Assembly (NCBI GenBank): GCA_003564655.1
Contig: PXES01000334.1
Span: forward strand, 1 to 33,290
From: Paracoccaceae bacterium
GTDB taxonomy: Bacteria > Pseudomonadota > Alphaproteobacteria > Rhodobacterales > Rhodobacteraceae
Length of the DNA stretch: 33,290 bases
Reading direction: 5' to 3'
Shown piece by piece: positions 9,397-16,890 of this stretch. Each line of letters starts with the position of its first letter. Within the stretch, counting starts at the first letter, position 1. Under the pieces are notes generated by a model. That model was not told the origin of the DNA, did not search any database, and was given only the letters and a program-made list of their open reading frames with translations. A program made the translations under genes and the position numbers.

Positions 9397-10133
9397 TGCG
9401 CCGCCTTCTCAAAACCGGCCTCGTGCATCAGCGCGTCAGAGCGGTCCTCGATCACGCGCTCGAGCTCTTCGAGGAAGACGCGCGGCGCACGCCCGGCGGG
9501 GATGGCGGGCAGGAACTCGACCACGGCGGTGCCCGGCTTGCGCAGCAGCGAATGGCGCGGCCAGAACACACCGACATTCGTGGCCACCGGCACGCAATCC
9601 TGCCCCAACTGCTCATAAAGCACCGCTGTGCCGACCTTGTAGGGCAGATGCGCGCCGGGCGCGACGCGCGTGCCCTGCGGGTAGATGATCAGTTGCCCGG
9701 GCTCCACCGTGCCGTCCCGGACAGCGGCGACCATCTCGCGGATCGCCTTGCCGCGCTTGCCGCGGTCCACGGGTACGCAACCCAGCCGCAGCGCATACCA
9801 GCCTAGGATCGGCGCGTATTTCAACTGCTTCTTCATGATGAAGCGGGGCCTCGGCAGGGCGCCGAAGATGATCAATATGTCGAAGAACGACTGATGCTTG
9901 GCGGCGATCAGCACCTCGCCCTGCGGCACCTCGCCCCGCACTTCCGAGCGCAGCCCGATCATCCACGCCGCCGACCAGCGGACATAGCGGCAATAGGTGT
10001 GGCAGGCGCGCAGCGCCATGTCGCGCCGGACAATCGCGAAGGGGGTGAAGACGATCGCCAGCACCACCATCGCCAGATACATCTGCACGATGAACACCAG
10101 CGACCGGACCAGTTGCAGCGCCTTAACCATCAC
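9393..10133 (-). CDS. plsC: 1-acyl-sn-glycerol-3-phosphate (lysophospholipid) acyltransferase
   Basis: KHQSFFD (HxxxxD) and IYPQGTR motifs; coupled to ftsX. Start is GTG 10133 or ATG 10130. Confidence 0.88.
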   Translation of the reverse strand: MMVKALQLVRSLVFIVQMYLAMVVLAIVFTPFAIVRRDMALRACHTYCRYVRWSAAWMIGLRSEVRGEVPQGEVLIAAKHQSFFDILIIFGALPRPRFIMKKQLKYAPILGWYALRLGCVPVDRGKRGKAIREMVAAVRDGTVEPGQLIIYPQGTRVAPGAHLPYKVGTAVLYEQLGQDCVPVATNVGVFWPRHSLLRKPGTAVVEFLPAIPAGRAPRVFLEELERVIEDRSDALMHEAGFEKAAQ

Positions 10134-11002
10134 GTCACCCTCCGCAATACCCGAAATGCCGTCGCCCGCGCTGCGCCCCAGGCCAGCAGTATCGCCAGCG
10201 GCGGGATCAGCAGCGGCAGCGCCCAGCCCGCGCCCCGAAAGCCCAGACCCGCCAGCAGATGTACGTCGCCGCCCGCCTGCGGGAGAGCGGCCATCGCGGC
10301 CATGCCCAGCGCCGTGCCCGCCAGCGCGCCCAGACCCGCGCGCAGGCTGATGCGGCGCACGAAGGCGCGCGCGATGAAGCGATCCTGCGCGCCGACAAGC
10401 CGCAGCACTCCGATGACCTGCCTGTTGCTGGCCAGCGCCACACTGGCCGCCAGCGCGATGATCGCCCCTGTCACGCCGCCGATCAGCCCCAGCGAGACCA
10501 GCGCCAGCGCCCGCAGGCGACCCGCCGCCTCGGCCAGCGGACGGCGCCAGCGGGTGTGGTCGTCATAGACCGCACCCGGCGCCTCGGCCGCGAGCCGCAG
10601 CCGCAGCCCCTGCCGGTCGGGGCCCTCGGGCGTCTCTGTCACCTCGATCAGCCGTGGCAGCGGGAGTGCGTCCAGCGGCAAGTCGGGGCCGAGCCACGCC
10701 TCGAGAAGTGCGGCCTGTTCGTCAGGCACCATAACCTGTGCGGCCTCGATGCCGGGCGTGGTGCGCAGTACCTCGAGCACCAGCTCGGTCTGGGTGTCCA
10801 TCTCGTCAGGCGGGGCCGAGAGCCGGATCGTCGCGGTCTGCGAAAGCGCCGCGCCCCAGCTTTGCGCGAGTTGCGTCGCGCCCAAAGCCAGCGCCAGGGA
10901 AAAGACCGCGAGAAACGCCATCGCGCCCGCGCTGAGCGTGATCAGCCAGACCGACTGGCCCCGGCGCGGCACCACGAGCCCGGTGATCTCGTCCGCGTTC
11001 AC
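10130..11002 (-). CDS. ftsX: Cell division permease-like protein FtsX
   Basis: 4-TM architecture with a periplasmic loop, LRLVGAQDRFIARAF motif, directly downstream of ftsE. Confidence 0.9.
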   Translation of the reverse strand: MNADEITGLVVPRRGQSVWLITLSAGAMAFLAVFSLALALGATQLAQSWGAALSQTATIRLSAPPDEMDTQTELVLEVLRTTPGIEAAQVMVPDEQAALLEAWLGPDLPLDALPLPRLIEVTETPEGPDRQGLRLRLAAEAPGAVYDDHTRWRRPLAEAAGRLRALALVSLGLIGGVTGAIIALAASVALASNRQVIGVLRLVGAQDRFIARAFVRRISLRAGLGALAGTALGMAAMAALPQAGGDVHLLAGLGFRGAGWALPLLIPPLAILLAWGAARATAFRVLRRVT

Positions 11003-11670
11003 AGCTCGGCCCCCGCAACCTGCATCCGGCGCTGCGCGATACGCAGCACCCGGGCATTGATCTGGCTCTTGGCAAAGCGTATCAGTTGCAGGTCATGCGT
11101 CGCAACCAGCACCGCCGTGCCCATGCGGTTCAATTCGATCATCAGCGACATCAGGCGCTGCGACATCTCCCAGTCCAGATTGCCGGTCGGTTCGTCGGCA
11201 AGCAGTATTTCCGGCGCGCCGATGACGGCGCGGGCAAGTGCTGCGCGCTGGCGCTCGCCGCCCGACAGGGTGGGTGGCAGCGCGTCGGCATGCCTGTCGA
11301 GTCCGACCCAGGCGAGAAGATCGTTGACATCGTCCTCGCGCAGGGCCCGTCGCGTGGTCGCGAGTGGCAGAGCGACGTTCTGTGCGACAGTCAGATGATC
11401 GAGGAACTGGCAGTCTTGATGCACGACCCCGATGCGCTGGCGGATCTCGGCAAGCTCGTCGCGGCTGACCTTGCCCATCGCCTCGCCCATCACCGAAATC
11501 GTGCCGCGGCTCGGGAGCAACTCGCCATAGCAGAGCTTCAGGAAGGTACTCTTGCCCGCGCCCGAGGGACCGGTCAGAAAGTGGAAGCTGCCTTTTTCCA
11601 GCCGCAGCGTGACATCGCGGAACAGTGGGCCGCCACCATATTCATGGCCCAACTCCTCGCAGACGATCAT
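10999..11670 (-). CDS. ftsE: Cell division ATP-binding protein FtsE
   Basis: GPSGAGKS Walker A, LSGGERQR, LLADEPTGNLD, ATHD. Start moved to the ATG at 11670. Confidence 0.92.
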   Translation of the reverse strand: MIVCEELGHEYGGGPLFRDVTLRLEKGSFHFLTGPSGAGKSTFLKLCYGELLPSRGTISVMGEAMGKVSRDELAEIRQRIGVVHQDCQFLDHLTVAQNVALPLATTRRALREDDVNDLLAWVGLDRHADALPPTLSGGERQRAALARAVIGAPEILLADEPTGNLDWEMSQRLMSLMIELNRMGTAVLVATHDLQLIRFAKSQINARVLRIAQRRMQVAGAEL

Positions 11671-11861
11671 GCCCCACCGCACGGCTGGTATGCTGCAACC
11701 GCCTGGGGCGTTGCGAACAGGCAACGGAAATGGTCGAGCGACAGCATATGTCTCACACGCGCAGCAGCGAAGATTAATAGAATTTGCGTTTTTCCACTCG
11801 CTTGCTACAACATAACTTGTACTGGGCCAATGCCTGAAATCCGACGAGAGAAGCGTCATTC

Positions 11862-12626
11862 ATGCGACTGATCTGTCCGAATTGTGCGGCGCAGTATGAG
11901 ATTGACGCCAGCCTGCTCCCCGATGAGGGGCGCGAGGTGCAGTGTTCGGCCTGCGGGCATGTCTGGTTCCAGACCGCTGACAGCAAACCCGAGGTGACGG
12001 AGCAGCCGACGCCCGCGCCCGAGGCGACGCAAGACCCGGGGACCAACCCCGCGAACGATCTGCCCGAGACTGACGAGAATTCTGAAGAGACAGCATCCGC
12101 CCTCGATTCTGCCCCGGCACAGCCGCCGCGCAAGCCTGTCGATGATGAGGTGCTCGGCATCCTGCGTGACGAGGCCGCCTTCGAGGCCGAAGCCCGTGCG
12201 CGCGAGGCAGAGGGGCTTGAAAGCCAGCCTGAACTTGGACTGGGCGCAGCTGCGCCCTGGCCGCGCTCCGACCCGCCCGAGGCCGAGCCGGAAACAGACG
12301 GGCAGGATCGCACAGAGACCGGGCGAGCCTCCACGCGCAGCAGCTTTCCCGATATCGAGGATATCAGTTCGACCCTGTCGCCAGTGGGCGCGGCGCGCAA
12401 GACCGCCGAGTCCGAGACCGAACTGCCCGCCACCGCCGATGCCCGCAAGCGCAGTTTCTTGGGCGGTTTCCTTCTGCCGATCGCATTGGCGCTGATCCTG
12501 CTGGCGGTCTACCTTGCCGCACCGCAACTGTCCGAGCTTGTGCCGGCGCTGGCAGAGCCGCTAGCAGGCTACGTCGATCTGGTCGACGCCGCACGCGCTG
12601 CTGTGGCCGATCTGCTCGGGCGCTGA
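11862..12626 (+). CDS. Zinc-ribbon domain protein (MJ0042-type finger) with acidic linker and C-terminal TM
   Basis: MRLICPNCAAQY...VQCSACGHVWFQ; divergent from ftsE; C-terminal hydrophobic helix. Confidence 0.88.
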   Translation: MRLICPNCAAQYEIDASLLPDEGREVQCSACGHVWFQTADSKPEVTEQPTPAPEATQDPGTNPANDLPETDENSEETASALDSAPAQPPRKPVDDEVLGILRDEAAFEAEARAREAEGLESQPELGLGAAAPWPRSDPPEAEPETDGQDRTETGRASTRSSFPDIEDISSTLSPVGAARKTAESETELPATADARKRSFLGGFLLPIALALILLAVYLAAPQLSELVPALAEPLAGYVDLVDAARAAVADLLGR

Positions 12627-12663
12627 ACCGGGCCCCGCGATTTCTCTGTAATGGCGCAAGAAA

Positions 12664-12720
12664 AGCGCAGGCGAGCGGAGCCCAACCGCCCGCCGATGCC
12701 CCGCGCGCGGGCGGTGCCGG
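12664..12720. repeat. GC-rich intergenic repeat, copy B (more degenerate)
   Basis: 49/57 identity, ungapped and same orientation, to 8694-8750. Confidence 0.72.
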
Positions 12721-12744
12721 GCCTGTCGCCACGCAGGATTGGAG

Positions 12745-12773
12745 TTGATCTCGGCATCCGCGCGCGCTAACTG
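12745..12773 (+). promoter_or_regulatory. Putative sigma70 promoter of yhhQ
   Basis: TTGATC-N17-TAACTG; implies a leader of about 50 nt. Confidence 0.45.
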
Positions 12774-12791
12774 CGCGATAGCCCTCAGGGC

Positions 12792-12821
12792 ACAAGTCTC
12801 CGCAACCTTGTCAAAACGGAA
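12792..12821 (+). promoter_or_regulatory. Candidate preQ1-I-like riboswitch (H-type pseudoknot) in the yhhQ leader
   Basis: P1 ACAAG/CTTGT, loop TCTCCGCAAC, A-rich linker CAAAA, and CGGA (12817-12820) complementary to loop TCCG; 10 nt upstream of the ATG of a preQ transporter. Confidence 0.5.
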
Positions 12822-12830
12822 CCGAAATCC

Positions 12831-13454
12831 ATGACCCGCACCTATCTGCCCGGCATCATTGCCATGGCGGCGATTGTCGTCGCCTCCAATATCCTTGTCC
12901 AATTCCTGTTCGGCAACTGGCTGACCTGGGGGGCGTTCACCTATCCTCTAGCCTTTCTGGTCAATGACGTGATGAACCGCGTCTATGGCCCGCAGGCGGC
13001 GCGCCGCGTGGTTTGGGTCGGCTTTGCCGTGGGCGTTGCCTGTTCGCTGATTGGCACGCAGATCATGGGAGAGTTCGGCCCGCTGGTGACACTGCGCATC
13101 GCGCTGGGGTCGGGGATCGCCTTCCTGACGGCGCAGATGCTCAATGTGTTCGTCTTCGACCGTCTGCGCGAAGGCCGCTGGTGGCGCGCGCCGCTGGGCT
13201 CCACGCTGATCGGTTCTGCGGTCGATACCGCCTTGTTTTTCAGCATCGCCTTCTCGGCCACCTTGAGCTTCATTGAGCCTGCCAATGATGTGTCCTGGGC
13301 CGGGGAAATCCTGCCGATGCTGGGCATCGGGCCGGAGGTTCCGCTCTGGGTCAGCCTTGCCGTTGCCGACTGGGGTGTCAAGCTGGCGCTCGCGTTGCTC
13401 GCGCTTGTGCCGTTCCGGCTGCTCGTCGCGCGTTTGACGCAACCGGTTGCATGA
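12831..13454 (+). CDS. yhhQ: Queuosine precursor transporter (YhhQ/VUT family)
   Basis: VASNILVQ, TWGAFTYPLAFLVND, RIALGSGIAFLTAQ, STLIGSAVDTALFFSIAF. Confidence 0.9.
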   Translation: MTRTYLPGIIAMAAIVVASNILVQFLFGNWLTWGAFTYPLAFLVNDVMNRVYGPQAARRVVWVGFAVGVACSLIGTQIMGEFGPLVTLRIALGSGIAFLTAQMLNVFVFDRLREGRWWRAPLGSTLIGSAVDTALFFSIAFSATLSFIEPANDVSWAGEILPMLGIGPEVPLWVSLAVADWGVKLALALLALVPFRLLVARLTQPVA

Positions 13455-13460
13455 TTTCTT

Positions 13461-13488
13461 TTGACAAACGCAAAATCTGTGCCACCAT
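13461..13488 (+). promoter_or_regulatory. Putative sigma70 promoter of the arfB leader/sRNA
   Basis: Consensus -35 TTGACA (13461-13466), then N16 and CACCAT preceded by TGTGC. Confidence 0.55.
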
Positions 13489-13524
13489 CCCGATATCTGA
13501 AACTCAGCGAAAGGAGGTGGTCCA

Positions 13525-13581
13525 GTGTCTAGAGTGATGTTGGAGAGAGGTGCAAAGACAGTCGGAGGAGCAACGACCTGA
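13525..13581 (+). CDS. Putative 18-aa leader peptide MSRVMLERGAKTVGGATT
   Basis: Near-perfect Shine-Dalgarno AAGGAGGT (13511-13518) 6 nt before GTG 13525; TGA at 13579-13581. Below the ORF-track length cutoff. Confidence 0.55.
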   Translation: MSRVMLERGAKTVGGATT

Positions 13582-13654
13582 CGGCAGCCCTGATGGGGAC
13601 ACTCTTCTGATTGGGCCAAGGCTCTAACTTGGTACCATCTCCCAAAGCTCGTTC

Positions 13655-13682
13655 AGGGCCGTCGGCTACCCGGCGGCCCTTT
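13655..13682 (+). terminator. Intrinsic terminator upstream of arfB
   Basis: 11-bp stem AGGGCCGTCGG/CCGGCGGCCCT (one G-U), 4-nt loop, short T tract. Confidence 0.7.
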
Positions 13683-13701
13683 CGATTGCCGGACTGGAAA
13701 A

Positions 13702-14121
13702 ATGCGTATCAATCACGAGATCACATTGCAGGAGTGGGAACTCATCGAAACCTTCTCGCGCGCCTCGGGGCCGGGGGGGCAGAATGTCAACAAGGTCGCA
13801 ACTGCGGTCGAGTTGCGGTTCGAAGCGGCGCGCAGCCCCAACCTGCCCGAGCCGGTCAAGACTCGGCTGCGCCGCCTGGCCGGGCGCCGCTGGACCGAAG
13901 GTGGCGCGCTGGTGCTGCGGGTCGAGGAAACGCGCAGCCAGGCGCGCAACCGCGAGATCGCCCGCGCGCGGCTGGCCGAGTTGATCCGCGCCGCGCTCGA
14001 GCGCCCGAAGCGGCGTATCCCGACACGCCCGACATTGGCGAGCAAGCGGCGCAGGCTGGCGGGCAAGGCGCATCGGGCCTCGATAAAGGCATTGCGCGCG
14101 GCGCCTGAGAACAGGGAATGA
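13702..14121 (+). CDS. arfB: Alternative ribosome rescue peptidyl-tRNA hydrolase ArfB (YaeJ)
   Basis: RASGPGGQNVNKVATAV (GGQ), RSQARNRE, basic tail PKRRIPTRPTLASKRRRL. Confidence 0.96.
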   Translation: MRINHEITLQEWELIETFSRASGPGGQNVNKVATAVELRFEAARSPNLPEPVKTRLRRLAGRRWTEGGALVLRVEETRSQARNREIARARLAELIRAALERPKRRIPTRPTLASKRRRLAGKAHRASIKALRAAPENRE

Positions 14122-14173
14122 TCCCGTGTTGCACGGCCGTGGCGCTGACATGGGCAGTAAGGATGACAGGCAG

Positions 14174-14629
14174 ATGAACATCAACGCCGGCGCGCGCGCA
14201 ACGATCGGGGGAATGCTGGAGTTCCTGCGCCCGGCCTTCGTGCAGGCAGCCGCCCTGTGTCTGCGCGACGGCAAGAGCGGGCCAGAGGTGTTGCTGATCC
14301 AGACCTTGCGGCGGCGGTTCTGGATCCTGCCCAAGGGCTGGCCGATGAAGAACCGCACCCTTGCCGAAGCCGCCGCGATCGAGGCTTGGGAGGAAGCAGG
14401 CGTGCGCGGTCGGGTACATCCAGATCCCGTCGGAGCGTTTACCTACACCAAAATCAAGAAAAGCGGCTTGCCGGTTCAGTGTCGCGCGCAGGTGTTCCGT
14501 ATCGATGTCGAGACGCTGGCCGACGACTACCCCGAAGCCGGGCAGCGCGCCCGGGCATGGTTCAGCCTGCCCGATGCGGCCGATATCGTGCAGAATTCGG
14601 AATTGAGGGGTTTGTTGCGCGACCTGTGA
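14174..14629 (+). CDS. NUDIX hydrolase (diphosphoinositol/polyphosphate hydrolase-like)
   Basis: WILPKGWP...AEAAAIEAWEEAGVRG Nudix box. Start uncertain (14150 or 14174). Confidence 0.88.
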   Translation: MNINAGARATIGGMLEFLRPAFVQAAALCLRDGKSGPEVLLIQTLRRRFWILPKGWPMKNRTLAEAAAIEAWEEAGVRGRVHPDPVGAFTYTKIKKSGLPVQCRAQVFRIDVETLADDYPEAGQRARAWFSLPDAADIVQNSELRGLLRDL

Positions 14630-14689
14630 TCTCCGGCGCGATACGGACATGAAGCCGATTGAGGTCCGATGCCCGGCCTGTTAAGGGCC

Positions 14690-14707
14690 TTGTCACATAA
14701 CTGTTAC
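14690..14707 (+). promoter_or_regulatory. PhoB binding site (Pho box) upstream of pit
   Basis: TTGTCAC-ATAA-CTGTTAC, an 11-bp-period direct repeat matching CTGTCAT-N4-CTGTCAY, 12 nt before the likely start codon. Confidence 0.7.
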
Positions 14708-14719
14708 ACAAGTGGCGGC

Positions 14720-16186
14720 GTGTCAGAGCAGATCGAGAAATCCTGGAAGACCCTTAACAAGGACCTCGAGCGGTTATCGACGCTCGAGCGGGCCGTGTCC
14801 TACACGGCGCGGCCACTTGTGGCACCAGGGATAGCGCTGGCCTTCATGGCGCTGACCGGGCTGATCACGGCAGTGCTGATCGGGTTCGACCCGCTGGGGC
14901 TGATCGTGGTCGCGGCGGCGATCATCGGCGCCTACATGGCCTTGAATATCGGCGCCAATGACGTCGCCAACAACATGGGCCCGGCGGTGGGCGCGCGCGC
15001 GCTGACCATCGGCACCGCGCTGATCATCGCCGCGATCTGCGAGACAGCGGGCGCGCTGATCGCTGGGGGCGATGTGGTGGGCACGGTCTCGCGCGGGATC
15101 ATCGCGCCGGAATCAGTGGCCGAGACGCAGGTCTTCATCTGGGCGATGATGGCCGCACTTCTGGCGGGCGCGCTGTGGGTCAATCTGGCAACCTGGATCG
15201 GCGCGCCGGTCTCGACCACGCATTCCATCGTCGGCGGGGGGATGGGGGCAGGGATTGCGGCGGCCGGGTTTGCCGCCGTCAACTGGCCCACCATGGGCCG
15301 GATCGCCGCAAGCTGGGTGATCTCGCCGTTGCTCGGCGGGTTGTTCGCGGCCTTCTTCCTCGCGATCATCAAGTCTCGGATCATCTACCGCCCCGACATG
15401 ATCGGTGCGGCGCGTTTCTGGGTGCCGATCCTGATCGGGGTGATGGGCGGCTGTTTCACCACCTATCTGGCGCTCAAGGGGCTCGAGCGGGTGTTCCCCG
15501 TCTCGTTCGGAAATGCGGTGCTCTCGGGGCTGGTCGTCGGGCTGGTGCTGACCCTCATCATGCGCCCGGTGATCCGCCGCCAGAGCGCGGGGATGGAGAA
15601 CCGCAAGAAGTCTCTCAAGATCCTGTTCAACATCCCGCTGATCTTTTCGGCAGCGTTGTTGTCCTTCGCGCATGGGGCGAATGACGTGGCCAATGCCATT
15701 GGTCCGGTCGCGGCCATCGTCCATGCCGTGCAGGATGGAGGGGCGTCCGAGCAGGTGGGCATTCCGCTCTGGGTGATGCTGATCGGCGGGCTTGGCCTGT
15801 CGGTCGGATTGCTGCTGTTCGGGCCGAAGCTGATCCGCGTTGTGGGCAGCGAGATCACGCGGCTGAATGCGATGCGCGCCTATTGCGTGGCGCTGGCGGC
15901 GGCGATCACGGTGATCTTTGCCTCTTGGCTGGGTCTGCCGGTGAGTTCGACGCATATCGCCATCGGGGCGATCTTTGGCGTGGGTTTCTTTCGCGAGTGG
16001 TACCACGAGAAGGTGTTGAAGGAAGTGCGGATCGATACGTCCAGCCCGGTGGAAGTGCGCAAGCGCAAGAAGGTGGTGCGGCGTGCGCATTTCCTGACGA
16101 TCCTCGCGGCGTGGGTGGTGACAGTGCCCTCGGCTGCCGCGATCTCGGCGGGTCTGTTCTTTCTGATGAACCTGATTGTCATCTGA
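14720..16186 (+). CDS. pit: Inorganic phosphate transporter, PiT family
   Basis: Two GANDVAN signatures and PVSTTH / PVSSTH motifs. Likely GTG start at 14720 (the ORF is open from 14669). Confidence 0.94.
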   Translation: MSEQIEKSWKTLNKDLERLSTLERAVSYTARPLVAPGIALAFMALTGLITAVLIGFDPLGLIVVAAAIIGAYMALNIGANDVANNMGPAVGARALTIGTALIIAAICETAGALIAGGDVVGTVSRGIIAPESVAETQVFIWAMMAALLAGALWVNLATWIGAPVSTTHSIVGGGMGAGIAAAGFAAVNWPTMGRIAASWVISPLLGGLFAAFFLAIIKSRIIYRPDMIGAARFWVPILIGVMGGCFTTYLALKGLERVFPVSFGNAVLSGLVVGLVLTLIMRPVIRRQSAGMENRKKSLKILFNIPLIFSAALLSFAHGANDVANAIGPVAAIVHAVQDGGASEQVGIPLWVMLIGGLGLSVGLLLFGPKLIRVVGSEITRLNAMRAYCVALAAAITVIFASWLGLPVSSTHIAIGAIFGVGFFREWYHEKVLKEVRIDTSSPVEVRKRKKVVRRAHFLTILAAWVVTVPSAAAISAGLFFLMNLIVI

Positions 16187-16302
16187 CCATCTACGGTCAA
16201 TCGGTCCGTGCGGGCTGTGACACCCGACCCTTTCCGCTTTGGTCAGTCGAAGTCCGTATCGGCTGGCCCGCCGCCGCCGCGCGTCATGCGCAGCGTGCCC
16301 GG

Positions 16303-16890
16303 CTACTTGCCCGCATCCGTGCGCCCGCGCCGGTCATGGCGCAGGCTGGCATAGAGCACATGGTTGCGCCAGCGCCCGTTGATCTGCAGATAACTCTGCG
16401 CGACGCCCTCATACTTGAAGCCCGCGCGCTCCAGCAGCCCGCGCGAGGCCGTGTTCTCGGGCAGGGTCGCAGCCTCGATGCGCGACAGGTCCATCTCGGT
16501 AAAGGCGTGATGTACCACGGCGGTGATCGCTTCGCGCATGAAGCCCTGGCGCGCAAACGCGGCGCCGATCCAGTAGCCCAGTGTTCCAGCCTGCGCCGGA
16601 CCGCGCCGGATATTGTCGAGCGTGATCGCCCCCAGCAGCGCCGAGTCGTCGCGTCGGATCAGGAACAGCGGCAGCGCCGTGTCCGACCGCGTGCAGCGCG
16701 CCGCCCAGGAGACGCGGTTGGTAAAGGCCCGGCGGGTCAGGTGATCGCTGGCCCAGACGGGCTCCCACGGGGTCAGGAAATCGGCCGAGGCGCGACGCAG
16801 CTCGGACCAGGCGCGATAATCCGCATGCTGCGGAAGGCGCAGCAGCAGCCGCTCGGTCTCGATCTGTACCCGGGGCCGCAGACCCAGCAT
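16303..16890 (-). CDS. rimJ: RimJ/RimL family GNAT N-acetyltransferase
   Basis: IETERLLLR, FLTPWEP, GTLGYWIG, ENTASRGLLERAGF, YLQINGRWRNH. Confidence 0.88.
   Translation of the reverse strand: MLGLRPRVQIETERLLLRLPQHADYRAWSELRRASADFLTPWEPVWASDHLTRRAFTNRVSWAARCTRSDTALPLFLIRRDDSALLGAITLDNIRRGPAQAGTLGYWIGAAFARQGFMREAITAVVHHAFTEMDLSRIEAATLPENTASRGLLERAGFKYEGVAQSYLQINGRWRNHVLYASLRHDRRGRTDAGK

Larger units (their letters stand above)
13495..13682 (+). ncRNA. Structured leader RNA / sRNA containing a short ORF (candidate attenuator of arfB)
   Basis: Bounded by promoter and terminator; nested helices 13540-13553:13632-13645 and 13560-13570:13602-13612; alternative helix 13578-13593:13653-13665. The 5' end is approximate. 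Confidence 0.6.

Noticed and set aside
11671-11859. N-terminal extensions given by the ORF track for ftsE (also lysR, SDR, M16, cyoE, coxB, tldD, scoA)
   Set aside because: The extensions run through promoter regions or neighbouring genes and lack family similarity; downstream starts were chosen.
13495-13682. tmRNA, 6S RNA or tRNA identity for the structured RNA
   Set aside because: No ANDN...AA tag reading frame, T-arm/CCA end or cloverleaf, and no 6S-like closed rod with central bubble. It has a strong SD and ORF instead.
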